DNA of 60,124 nt, the filler included, from Sphacelaria rigidula (taxonomy: Eukaryota), in the NCBI GenBank assembly GCA_964200075.2. It is 8 parts of 8 records of this genome, joined end to end, with 100 filler letters (N's around TTAATTAATTAA, not from the genome) between each part and the next. Parts side by side here need not be neighbours in the genome. Positions count along the whole stretch, not along the records: positions 45,170 to 52,597 come from CAXNAA020014973.1; positions 52,698 to 60,124 come from CAXNAA020014974.1; 6 more parts are not named here. One strand, written 5' to 3'. The position numbers and the translations under genes were made by a program. Numbering within the stretch: position 1 is the first letter of the stretch; every line of letters starts with the position of its first letter. A model generated the notes under the pieces. It searched no databases. It saw only the letters and a program-made list of their open reading frames with translations, and was not told the origin of the DNA. Of this stretch, positions 48,610-60,124 are shown piece after piece.

Positions 48610-49556
48610 TGGGCTGGGAAATGGACAAATATACACTGTATATCTTCTCTGTAACTGGAGCTAAACTGGAGATGGCTAGGAGAGCGCCACTTGTCCAGTT
48701 CATCTGGAGGTGTTGTGCCGCTTGTCGTCACCACGTATTTTTATATTGGTTTTATTATGTAGTTTATAACAAAGAAACACTTTATATAATTAGACTGCAC
48801 GGATGAAGTTTGCAGTCTACAGCAGCACAGGCACCACAAACTTCGTTGATACCTGGTTGGTCTGCAGTTTTTATCTATCGACGACAGCGGGTCGGTCGAC
48901 GGGTGGTCAGTTGAAGGAGGAAAACGAAGAAATAAAGAAGGGTGAGTTAGTTATGGTGGGACACTTGATGCGGAAGTGCCGAACGCCAAATTCCAATTGG
49001 CAAATGCATGAAGAGCGTTCTGAACATGGTGTAGGACATACCCACTACACCTCGAAGTGATGTAGCAGATATCTTCTACCACTACACCTCGAAGCGACGT
49101 AGCAGATGTGTACCTGATCCGCAAAACAAAATTACGGTAATCGGCGATCACAAAACACACAAGCAGTCTATTGAACAAGCCGTGGTGAAAACTTGAGCTC
49201 TTTGTCCCAAGGTACTCCCAGCCGTGGCATACTTGTTCCGATCTTCAGGTCCTCATGGAGAGTCTCTGGTGCTGCATACTATAGATGGATGATTTTCGAG
49301 TCGCTTACCATGTTCGAAGACATTTTCGAGCAGAACAAACCTCTTAGCAGCTCGGTGGCTGCATTTTTCACAGCTATTTACGATTCGTGCGGGGAACATA
49401 CGTCAAACACAGTAATTTCTCCTGCCTCGGGCGGCGCTCCTGCGTGGCACCCCCCACCAGCCCGGAGGGACGATTAACCGGAAAACAATCGATGTACTGG
49501 CAACTGGCGCGGCCACTTTTAACCGAACTCAACAGAGCTGACTGTTTACAGCCTTG
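48610..49556. mobile_element. Third, diverged copy of the hAT-type family at 32726-35199
   Basis: Shares ACTACACCTCGAAGTG, CAATCGATGTACTGG..CTGGCGCGGCCA and a terminal GTTTACAGCCTTG. Confidence 0.75.
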
Positions 49557-49589
49557 ATAATACATCTGTTGTTTCGCAGGGTTAGGGTG

Positions 49590-50130
49590 TGTTCGGTAGG
49601 GTATGAGAGTCTTTATAAACCTTACATAAGCAACGAGTACCGGGATGCAATTCGCACAAAGGTTACAGAACCTATCGGGTAGGTATCGGAGTCTTACAGA
49701 GAATCCGGAAGCTATCTGGTGATGAAAGAAGGTTGCATAGAAAATTGAACACGCACCCGGATATTTGTACAAGGGTATAGGGGTAAACCTTGTTTACAGA
49801 AAATACAGAACTGTCGGGCAAGGGTATAGGGGGATTACAACAGTCACGGAACTATTCTGGACAGGTAGGAGAGTCTTCCACAAGTCACAGAACTATCGAG
49901 TGGGAGCAGGAAAGCGTTACTGAAGTCACAGATCTGTCGAGTAGGGGTATGCAAGTGTTACTGGAGTCGTAGAGCTATCGAGTACGGCAATGAAAGTCTT
50001 ATAGAATTTACGACAAATATCGGGTAGACCGATGAAAGTCTAACAGAAGCTAGAGAACCTTCGGGTACTGGTATGAAAGTCTTACAGAAGTCACCGAACT
50101 GTTGGATAGGGATAATATCCGTAAAGATAC
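49590..50130. repeat. Degenerate ~40-bp tandem array (approx. ACAGAACTATCGGGTAGGGTATGAAAGTCTTACAGAAGT); related inverted sequence in the E2 intron at ~23570-23820
   Basis: Recurrent CAGAACT.TCG.GTA.GG.ATG.AAGT.TTAC units. Confidence 0.8.
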
Positions 50131-51040
50131 CCCGTGTATGCAACAAACCGGCCCCTATACAAGATAGGGTTGGACACCATAATTCGATGACCTGCATCCT
50201 GCTAGTTGATACCGATGTTGGCGAAGATGAAGGGCCCCCACTCGATCCATTACTCTTGTCTAAGAATGGTCCACCCCAATGGTCTGCATTGCTTTCCATG
50301 TTTCGCTTTCCCCCTCAACTGTACCCCGTAACCCGTCTGTGTACCAAACTTTGAAAAATATTTGTAAAGTTGTACGGATTTGAATACCACGGGGGTTTGA
50401 TTGATGGAGGTTGGGAAACAAGTGCGAGTTATCAGAACAAACGTAGGGATTGAAGCAAAATGTTCACCTCCCCCGGACATATACCCGTACTCTGCTTGCA
50501 TCGGACATACGCACAAGAGTATACGTTGAACCCGGGTTGGGGTTATGGGAGGCTTACAGGCCTCGCACAGTTGTCGACCAGGGGTATAATGGACTCTACA
50601 GATCTTACATAAGTGGCGGGTACCGGTAAGGAAAGTTCACGAAACTGTTAGGTACCGGTTTGGAAGTTTTGCCCGGTTGACAGGATTGAGCAAACACAGC
50701 AGTAGCCATTCGCTCCGGTGAAGACGCGAGATTTTTCCCACACACAATGCCAAACAGGTGTAGATTGACTTTCAACCATAAATCGGATGACAGCACACAC
50801 AGCGTGTTGACAGTACAGATGGAAATGGAACGTGTTGTCATCAGTTCTGTACAGGATCAAAATCAAAGTATTCGAAATGAACGAAAGTTCGAGAAATGAA
50901 GAACGCCACACGTTTGAGAAGAGGCGAGAGTAGACTGAGAAGAGGCGAGACAGGAAAGACAGAAGAAAGACCAACACAACAAACAGCGATGACAACAGTA
51001 GATGCGAACTCCTTGCGGATTTGACTGCAGCCAGACTCAC

Positions 51041-51366
51041 CTTCTTGTCGCTCCTGCCCAGGCCGATTTTCTGGGCGGTCCATCCCTTTTATCTTACCTA
51101 TCCGCTATCCGGGCAAAACTTCACGTGACAACCCGATTTGAGTTCGTTCGTAGTAGGGTTAGTAGCGAAGAGTGAACGTCTCTACCGCCCTCGTACTCTT
51201 CGATGAGGTGAACCCGTACGCTCGCCGTTTGTCAACATGGACCCCGAGATTAGTTCAGATCAATCGCGTGTCCGATGGCCAATTGCTCGTTCTTGAGATG
51301 CCCCCAGAATGATCGGGTCGGTGTCAATCGGTGAACGTCGATCACGTACGTTGACACCCCCTCCAC
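51041..51366 (-). pseudogene. Possible relic exon of a WRN/EXD-type 3'-5' exonuclease domain
   Basis: STYVIDVHRL...HLKNEQLAIGHAIDLN...VRVHLIE...LSREVLPG*RIGK..GWTAQKI, with stops and frameshifts, ending at AAG|GTGAGT; pattern similarity only. Confidence 0.3.
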
Positions 51367-52709
51367 CTCAGCCACGGACGGCGTCAGCACGCACAAGCGA
51401 AGGCAACGAAGGAAGCAGCAATGAAGCTGACCCTTCTTGAGGGTGTCTAGAGTGATTCGGAGAGCCGGTTGCTGCGTGTGATGCCTCCAACCTCCAAGAG
51501 TGCCTCAATTGAAGTTTTGACAGTCAAGTCTGAGAAGTTCAATCAAGACTCGCTCTGGTCAAATGGGGTCGGATTGGGAGTGTTCTCGAGTGTGCCCAGA
51601 GATGGAAGCGAAACACAACGCCATGAGCACCGATGAAGCTGAAACTTGTTAAGGGCGCCTCGATTGGTGTTAGAAGAGCGATGGGATTGTTTTTTCGCGC
51701 AGCACGGCTTCGAATCAATTCGGGGGGGAAAAGTGCGTGCTTCGGAGCTTCTTAATGAGATCCGGACGGATAGGACAGGACAGGACGGACAGGACGGACA
51801 CTTTTTGAACTTCGGTTCAGTAGAAGCCTTTCTCGGTCCTAAGCGCCTCAAAGGAAGAATTTTTTGTCGTGTGATGAACACTCGTGAGAGAGTGTACGTG
51901 GGTGTATGTGCCGTTGTATATCACGCCAGCGAGTCCTCCTTTCTTCGGCAACAATTTACGAGTGCACTTTTCGTGAAAAAAAAAAAGAAAAGCCAATATA
52001 TATATATGAACGAAATAATAATACTTGCGGTCTGGTTCCCTAGCAGATCTTGATTCTTCTGTGGTCCCACACTGTGACCAAACGACACGGGGTATTTCCT
52101 CCTTCTTCTCGAGTTTACCCGTGCCCGCCGTGGAATAAGCACTCAATCCATCAATTCCAATTGCTTGTGATGGTTTCTGATTCGGTTATTTCGCGGAAGT
52201 TACTATATTTAAGGGCGTGAAAGATCCGAGCGCTTTATGTCACACCCATGAATCATCTTTGTCGTGGGCAACAATATATATACACAATATATACATATAC
52301 ATCAGCAGGATGCTCCGCAATTTGGATCTTCAAATCCATGGTTGAAAAATCTGTGGTATCAGTGTAAGTTAAGACATTCGGATCTTTACAGGGCTCACAG
52401 CCCCGAGCGCTCGTCCAGCGTGCGCAGCACGCGATTTGGCTCAAACCGGCGCCGACTAGCTCTGTCTACGCACACTTCACCTAGGGCACCAGAAGCATCC
52501 CCTTCCAGGAGGGCTCTCGGTCTACCTTCGGCTGGGGTTTGGGCTAAACAGCCGATCATCTATGTTGAGGATGGTGCTTTTCATTGATGATGAGAACNNN
52601 NNNNNNNNNNNNNNNNNNNNNNNNNNNNNNNNNNNNNNNNNTTAATTAATTAANNNNNNNNNNNNNNNNNNNNNNNNNNNNNNNNNNNNNNNNNNNNGGT
52701 GCGGGCGGG

Positions 52710-52748
<39 letters not shown>

Positions 52749-52900
52749 GTGGAGGGCTGGGGTGCTTGTAAGCGGACGGGGATCTGCTGGCCTTTAGTTT
52801 ATCGGGCTCGATTGTTTTGAAGTTTAGTCGGTGATACCGTTCCGGAAAGCGATCTCGCTCGCACCGAAAGGGTGCACGTTAGAACCCCTTGTGCGCCGGC

Positions 52901-53004
52901 CCTCCTCAGATAGACCTTACGTGATTCCCCTCAGGTAGACCTTACGTAAATCCCCTCAGGTAGACCTATTGTGAACCCCCTCAAGTAGGCCTTAAGTGAA
53001 CCTC
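52901..53004. repeat. 25-bp minisatellite x4 (approx. CCCCTCAGGTAGACCTTACGTGAAT)
   Basis: Four adjacent diverged units with no spacers. Confidence 0.9.
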
Positions 53005-53649
53005 TTGCGAAAAAAGGAAAACAGGAGGTGCCTTTGGGGAACGATGTGGCATACAAAATAAACCAGGTTATGAGGAACACTGAATGTATAATGTAATGAA
53101 GGGTAGAGGTCGCACACAGAGGAGAGCTGCTCAGCTAGAGCGCTTGGATCAGCAGCGTTGAAGGTCAGCTAATGTTTATTGTTCCGAAATGAGGCCTGGA
53201 ACCCAAAACTTTATAATCTAAAGTTTCGCATAGATACATGCGGACCCACGAGCAGATGACCACTGGAAAATGACCAACCACTTCGTGGTGAAAGAGTTGA
53301 CTGCCGACTGTGCACATTTCCGCAATCTCCGCCAGGCAATCGATCCCCGGAGTGAAACGTCTCGGGGTCCTGTCCTTTGATTTTTTCTCGCCCTGAAGTC
53401 TTCCTCTACCGTTCGCGTAATTGTTTTTTCAGACGATTTGTTTTAGAACGATCAACGATTTCGATTCGAAAAAAATCAAAGAAGAGCGTGGTCATGTTTA
53501 ATCAAATGCCTTCATCAAGTGGTGAGTGAATGGAAGAATAACTGCTCTCACGACTTTTGTTGGAGCATAACGAAAAAATGTGTGGTCATGTTTAGTGATG
53601 TGTGACGAAGTGAAAAATCGCCTTGTCTGAAACTTCGGTTGGCAGTTAC

Positions 53650-54085
53650 CTGGATTTGGTCCCCAACGTATCTTTTTCCAACGCTCTGATCAATAATACG
53701 CTTCTACCGTCACTGATGTCGCTCTATCCTTCAAATGTCTCGGCCGACTTTTTGATGAATCGATACTGTAGTCAACATCGGTGCTTCTCGTATGTCTCGC
53801 CATCGTTGCTATATTGTCTAAACGAAGGTTTCCCCGCACGCTCCATACCCCACCGCATGTTATTATTTTTTCCTATACCCGGGTGTACACACACACATGT
53901 ACCGTTCGTATATGAATTACACCCCATGCCATCATCGATTTTTGCGCAGGATTGGCTGCGGGACAGCTTCAACGTGTACTCGGTGGTTGGACTGGTGGTA
54001 ATTATGATCGGACTCAAGCTCTACCATTCGGTAGGCCCGGCCGAGAACCCCCGTGACAGTTTCGACCCACCGTCGCCACCCAAGC
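53650..54085 (-). pseudogene. Decayed SET-domain-like gene fragment, two exons
   Basis: TEYTLKLSRSQSCAKIDDGMGCNSYTN | ...HRC*LQYRF...GRSVLLIRALEKDTLG, matching the SET order Y..L...ID...Y.N...C...+RA...I..G; in-frame stops; ~85-bp GT-AG intron. Confidence 0.4.
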
Positions 54086-54137
54086 GCTACGGCTAAGGAC
54101 CATCCTTGCCGCGCGAAGCATGTGTGTTTCCTTCGGG

Positions 54138-54151
54138 TTCTCTCTCTCTCT

Positions 54152-54203
<52 letters not shown>
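54138..54203. repeat. (CT)n microsatellite
   Basis: Read directly. Confidence 0.97.
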
Positions 54204-54208
<5 letters not shown>

Positions 54209-57200
54209 CCTTTCCATACCTCAAATACCCTCCGGCAGGTTCATTTTGTTCTGCTGCTCGTGTCCAAACTCTTTTGAACCCTGACAAGGGGGGCACACGG
54301 GGGGGGAAAGGTGCTGTGGTATCATACATGTTGGAGTCGTGCGAGATTACTTTTTTTTTTTTTACGACGTGGCGCATTTACGCAGTAAAAGGGGGCCTCG
54401 GCGAAACGTCGGCGATGCGACTTTTTTCGTGTTCTCCGACACCATTTTTTCTAGCAGTTGCATTTTGATTAACGTGTGTGCATACATATCCTGGGTGGGA
54501 ATCATGTTTACCCAGAAGGGTTGAAACAAATTGTGAACTTTTTTTGCTATTCTTTTGTGCGCCTTGCATGTTTTGTTTTTTTCGGCATTTTTTTCTGCCT
54601 ACTCGTGGTGTGTTGCTGTTGCTGTTGCTGTACTCGATGTAGTTGTTCTTGATGTCGTTGCTGCTGTGCTGTCTGTGTTTATGTGACCCTTTCCACGCTC
54701 TAGATTTTTGGTAGCTGCTGCATTTTTACAAGTGGGGCGTGTGTGCGTGTTATCTGTCTATGTCATTCTCTAGTGAGGTAAATAGTGATGAAAAAGGCGC
54801 CTGTCTCGGGGTGCTTTTCGGTGTTTCGATTACATAGCATGTTATATTCTCATGGGTGTTCGAATGAGATTGTCGTGGCGTTTTCGCCGGCGCCCTCTCG
54901 AGATCTTGTATTCCCCTTCCCCCCCCTCCCCCCACCCTCCTCATACAGGACAAGGGGTAGGTACGATTCTGCACCCCCCCTCCCCCTCCCTGGCCCATTC
55001 CTCTTGCGCGCATTTTACGGAGATATTGTTCATACCGCGACTACAATTTTGAGCGCCATTTTGGCACCTGGGACGATGGAAACAGGGCATGCTGCGAAAA
55101 TACGTACGTAGCTTTAGCAGCATGTTTTCCCGTCACAGCGTGTGTGTGTGTACGTGCGTGTGTTTCGTACGTTCGGAGCTATACCATGTACCTATGTATA
55201 CAAGTGTATACCAATAAGGCATGGATGCTGCAGAACATCCTGTTGCTTTTGTTTTATTTCGTTTTTCAAGTAAAAAACTCCCGTGATTGATGATGCTATT
55301 TCCCTTTTTTCGGTAGATAGTGGACGGTAGAACGACGAATGTTCGTTCTAGACATGAGGCCTACTTGCTGGGTGTACAAGTCTGGATTTCCAACAGCGGT
55401 GCTGTCAACACAGACTGGACAGTGTGAAACTCCTGTTGGAACCCACCGAGCCTCGTGCGCACAATATTGAAATGCGAGTTATCTCGACAGCTGCTGTAGC
55501 AGGGGCGGTGCTCGCGTGTTGCCACGGGGGGTGTGTTGTTGAGAAGGTCGTACGGAATATGTATTCGGATAACACCCTTTCTTTATCAGCAGCGCTCTTC
55601 GTTATCGAGATGTTCGCTTTTTGGAACAACGTTCCATCTTCCCCCCCCCCCTCCTGGTGCGTTCATAAGAGGGGGTCTTTCGTTTGCTCAATACTGCTTT
55701 GTGTGGTTTTTCGTCGCTATGTTTTCATTTGCTTGCCATTTCAAGGCTTTTGTTTGGCATTTCTCTGTACTTCTCAGCTCGTACATGTATACTTTCTGTT
55801 ACCTTTCTTTGTTGACTTGTCTGGCGCTGCAGGACGAGGAGCATGCAGGTACAAGTCTAATTTTTGCGTCCTTTTTTGGTCTCGTATCGCCCTTGGAAGC
55901 GTGACGTACGTGATAATGTGTGTGTGCTTTCTTTACTGCATCTATGTTTTGCCTAGTTTTTTTGGCGTGCTTCCTTTGCTTTATTTCGACCTTTTTTCTT
56001 ACCGTTTCTTGATGGAAAATGTTTTTTTGTTCTTGGTGGATTTTGGAGGGAGGGGCTTGAAGTATATAATGGCTGCAGATTGAAAACATAACAGGAAGAT
56101 CACGTGGTGGAAGGTTGTCAGGAGGTAGTCTTGTCTTGTCTTGGGTACGTCTATTATGTGACCACGGCTGGATCCCTGGGGGTCAGTTCAAGTGCGACAA
56201 TCAATCAAAATCTAGAATCAAAATCAGTGCGTTCACTCGCACTAAACTGGTCAATTAAAAATCAATTGCCTTGTTTGAGGCTTATGGTTTGTAGTCACAG
56301 ATTGCAGTCAAGTTATTTCTTGTTTGTTCGTTTGTTTGTTTCATAAAAGGTAATACCATTCGGGTGCTATCTGAGACTACAGTAACAACAGTAGTTGTCA
56401 GGTGTCTGAAGTACTGTCGAACAAGATTTACAGCGAAGGTTTCCTTTTATTTTTAGCAGATAAGTGAGATTTTTGAAGCACGCATGTTTTCTGTTAGCCG
56501 ATACATTTTCGCCAAAAAAAAAAAGTCAGGGGAGCTAACTATTCACTACTACGTAGTTCTTCCTCCGGTTGAGTGTGAGGTGAAGCAATTCCGTTAGTAC
56601 TTCGTCCGGTCGAGTTTGAAGCCGAGCGATTCAGTTACGGTACAGCGGATGTTGTTTGTGGGCTAGGTCAAGCCAGGGTCAATTGAGTGCAGTGCACGCC
56701 CACGTATGCGGCCTTTAGCAAGAAGGTGAAATCCATTTGACGGGAGAGACAATCGAGGCTCGCGCAATCATGCCATCATCCAATGGTTTCTTTGAGGTCG
56801 TTACGGTCGAGAAGACCTCTCAGCCGAATTTCACTTTTTGCCTATCCGTGTGTCCGCCCGCTGGTTCGAAGTCCCGATTCGCGCACTTTTTTTACTCGAA
56901 TCCAGGCGAAACCCCGCGGCGCGAAATCTCCATCCCATCGCCTATTCAACATTCCTTCAGACGCCCTCAATATATTTCCAGCTTCATTGGTGCTTCCGGC
57001 GATGTGCTTCGCTTGTGTACCCGGACGCACTGAACATGAAGCCTACTCCGACCTTGTTCGTGTGGTTGTGTGAGTGTCGACGTCTCAGACCTGACTGTTG
57101 CAACTTGAATCGAAGGATATCTGGAGGGCTCACATTACTTTACACGCCCTCGTTTAGATTACTTTACACGCTCCACAAAGTTTCAGCTTCGTTGGTGTTT

Positions 57201-57420
57201 CCGGCGTTGTGCTTCGCGCGTGCGTTCGATCTCCTTCGCCCGGAAGGCTGAACGGGGGTGCAATCGTACGCCAATAATACAAGAACCACTCTGAGCACGC
57301 AGACGCGGGTGCTGTGCTATCCTGTTCTGTCCCCTCGTGCCCTGCACGTTACGATACGTCATTTGCGCTTTCTGGTGTCGTGGGTAGTGTGCGCTGCAGG
57401 AGTGTTTTCTGGGTCGTAGG

Positions 57421-58560
57421 CATGTTCCGGTTCGGTTCGATTTATGTTTCGATTCTATTCTGGAATGATACTACGGTAGGGGTACACAAATATTTTCTGA
57501 GGTTAAAATTGTTAGAAGCCCTTTATCTCATCCAAAACACGGCTTATGAAAATATGCGAGAGTACGCTAGGATTACTATTCCAATGTGCTGAGGATATCC
57601 CGAATGAATTTGCAAACGGGGATGCCCTGACCCATATTCTTGTGCGTTTAGAATCGTTAGGAGCTCCTCAACCAGACAAAATTTCGAGAAAAAAGTGCAC
57701 CCCTACCGTAGCATTGCTCTTTGCGTATCTTCCGACTCGGTTCTATGTATGCTGTCGTTCCGACTCGATCTATGTTGTAGTTCCGGTTCGATATGTGTCT
57801 CGGTCCGGTCCGATGTATGCTGTCGTTCCGGTTCCATCTATGTTTCGGTTCGGTACGATGTGTACTGTTGTTGTGGTTCTGTGCATGAGGTCCGGATCGG
57901 TTCTATGTATCCTGTCGTTTCGGCCCGATGTACGATGTCGCTCCCGTTCGATGTAAGCTGTCGTTCCGGTTTGATTCAATTTGCGGTTCGACCTATGTTC
58001 CGGTTCGGTTCGACGCACGCTGTCGTTTCGACTCGATCAATATTCCGCTTCGGTTCTTATGTTTGCTGCTGTTCCGGTTCGATAGAGGTTTCGGTTCGGT
58101 TCAATCAATGCTGCCGGTTCGGTTCGATGTATGTCATCTTTCCCGTTCAATGTATGTTTTGGTTCTGTTCGATATATGCTGCCATTCCGGTTCGCAGTTC
58201 GCTGCTGGTTCGGTTCTATGTATCCCGTCGTTCCATTTCGATGCCCACTGTAGTTCCGGTTTGATGTATGTCATCGTTCCGATTCAATGTACGCTGTCGT
58301 TTCGATTCGATGTTTGTTTCGATTCGGTTCGATGTATGCAATCGTTCCTGTTCGATGTATGCCGTGGATCCGGATCTGGTTCGACTTATATACTGTCGTT
58401 CCGGTTCCATGAATGCTGACGCTCTGATTTGATGTATGCCGTCGTTCCGGTTCGATATAAGATCTTGTCACGGTGTGATCCATGTGTCGGTTCGTTTGGG
58501 TGTATGCTGTCCTTCCGGTCCGATCCATGTCTCGGTTCGATCTTCATCTCGGTCCGGTTT
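57421..58560. repeat. Degenerate satellite of GTTCCGGTTCG-containing units (approx. ATGTATGCTGTCGTTCCGGTTCG), interrupted by a MITE
   Basis: Many TTCCGGTTCG/TTCGGTTCG motifs at ~15-25-bp spacing. Confidence 0.92.
57463..57719. mobile_element. Copy 2 of the GAG...CTC MITE, inverted relative to 42797-43057
   Basis: Full-length reverse-complement homology; flanks TCTG/TTTG; satellite on both sides. Confidence 0.85.
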
Positions 58561-58726
58561 AGTGTATAACATCATGTTCGTGATCAGGAACGGATTCTAA
58601 GACAAGGAATGCGTGTGAAATCGAAGCTTCGCATGTGGTCATCGATCAAGTCCATGGCGGTAGCTCTGAGTCGACCAAGACTCTTATTGAAGTCGTCGTT
58701 TTTTTCGGTGAAATGTTGCGAATAAC

Positions 58727-59425
58727 AGAAGAGGGGGAGATAATGCTGTTCCAACGGCGATTGGGATTAGCTGCGGTGCTTAGTCTCTCTTCGTATCCTA
58801 CACTAGAGGCCTCTGTGTGCTGTCATCAGTCAGCACTGGGGTATGTGGCACAAATGGCAGGTTAGCAGAACAAGAAACACGCACGTGAAAATCTACTACA
58901 GCCCGAGGTCATTAACCTAGGCCTATCACATCTGTACAACCAGAACAGCCCTCGACTTCTGCAGATGCGCCCGAAATCATCCCTACGTCACAACATGCAC
59001 AAGCACCTGCAGAGGTCGGGATCTACATACAGCAACATTCTCGTGCAAATAGGAACGAATTTTCGCCTTCGGAACGGGTCCAAAATCGATATGAGACATA
59101 TGGCCGCCGATCGATGTAAGGCAGGCAACTTCAAGACGTGTGTTTTTTTCGTTGAAAGCTTGTGAGCAGAAGTGGGAGAGATAATTTTGTTCCAACGGCG
59201 ATTGGGATTAGCGGTGGTCCCAAACGAAGAGAGAGACGGTGGCTTTTTCTCTCGTCGTATGCTACACTAGAGGCCTCTGCGTGCTGTCATCAGTCAGCAT
59301 TGGGGTGTGGGGCACAAAGGGCAGGCTGCTAGCACAATACATGCCCTGTAAAACCGCAGGTAGATGTGCCCCAAAACATCCGTACCCCCGTCCAACATGC
59401 ACAATGACCTACAGAGGTCGGGATC
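58727..59425. repeat. Diverged direct duplication (~58727-59025 and ~59167-59425)
   Basis: Shared blocks TGTTCCAACGGCGATTGGGATTAGC, CTACACTAGAGGCCTCTG.GTGCTGTCATCAGTCAGCA and CAGAGGTCGGGATC. Confidence 0.9.
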
Positions 59426-60124
59426 CCCAGTGTTATTATAGGATATGCCTACACCCTCAAAACTCGCCAGTTATTTCGAAAAGGCTTCGATCTATCTATT
59501 CGATTCCTTGAGGGAGAGCTTTCACAAGACATTTGAAACTTCATTGCTCCCATCATTTCAATTACGAACACTTACGGCTTGTCCATGTGGAACGGATAAG
59601 ACCTCGAAATATCCCGATCGTAATCGACGACTAGTCTACGCTGAGAGAACAACTTTTACCTCGTATTCTCTCTCGAATAGATCTGACACAGGTGGTTCAG
59701 TTTTTACATCAACTGTTTGGGCTCAAAAGTCCAATATATATTTTTTCAAAATTGATTTCGACATACAACGGTCTATTTGATTTGTCAGCTGGTAGCTATC
59801 ATTTTGGAAACCGAAACAGACTTCAGGAAGGTGTACTATATTCAATTTATGGAAAATGACGGATTCCCAAGGTCAGTACAATATAGTAGAGAACAGTACA
59901 ACAAAAGTGCAGTACAGAGGACAGCAAGTGTAGAAGACAGTACTACAATACTACTACCGGAGGTTCGACGGGCGTGCGATGTGAGCGTACCGAGCACAGG
60001 TTTCGAACTCGTGACCCCCATGACGGAGTTTCCTGCATCACTTAGATAATAACAGTGTTGCCAGAAAAATGAGAACGTATTTTGAAACGAGAATCAACCG
60101 CTCCCCGGGATTGTGTCCATTTTT

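Noticed and set aside
52901..53004. CRISPR array
   Set aside because: Adjacent 25-bp units without unique spacers, no cas genes, eukaryotic context. The same applies to 49590-50130 and 57421-58560.
59985..60050. Minus-strand tRNA or SINE head
   Set aside because: Only a B-box-like GAGTTCGAAACC, with no clear A-box or cloverleaf.

Overview
Eukaryotic, repeat-rich genomic DNA, most likely a brown alga or related stramenopile (inferred from GC-rich exons, long introns and the repeat landscape). The window is not one locus. It is eight contigs of 7429, six of 7428 and 7427 bp joined by an artificial 100-bp spacer (N44-TTAATTAATTAA-N44), so nothing can be inferred across the spacers. The one clearly intact gene is a partial, multi-exon BIRC6/BRUCE-like ubiquitin-conjugating (E2) gene on the minus strand (four exons, 23040-28357, last donor apparently GC). 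The rest is non-autonomous DNA transposons (several with clean TSDs, including a nested hAT pair), a tRNA-derived SINE, fold-back palindromes, satellites and heavily decayed gene relics: a DUF6589-like transposase, a K+-channel-like gene, a Zn-finger plus protein kinase, a SET domain and a possible 3'-5' exonuclease. The most unusual signal is a ~68-bp module inserted into G/C runs with 15-17-bp flanking duplications, with a matching empty site in the same contig. No prokaryotic system (CRISPR, operon, phage) is supported.
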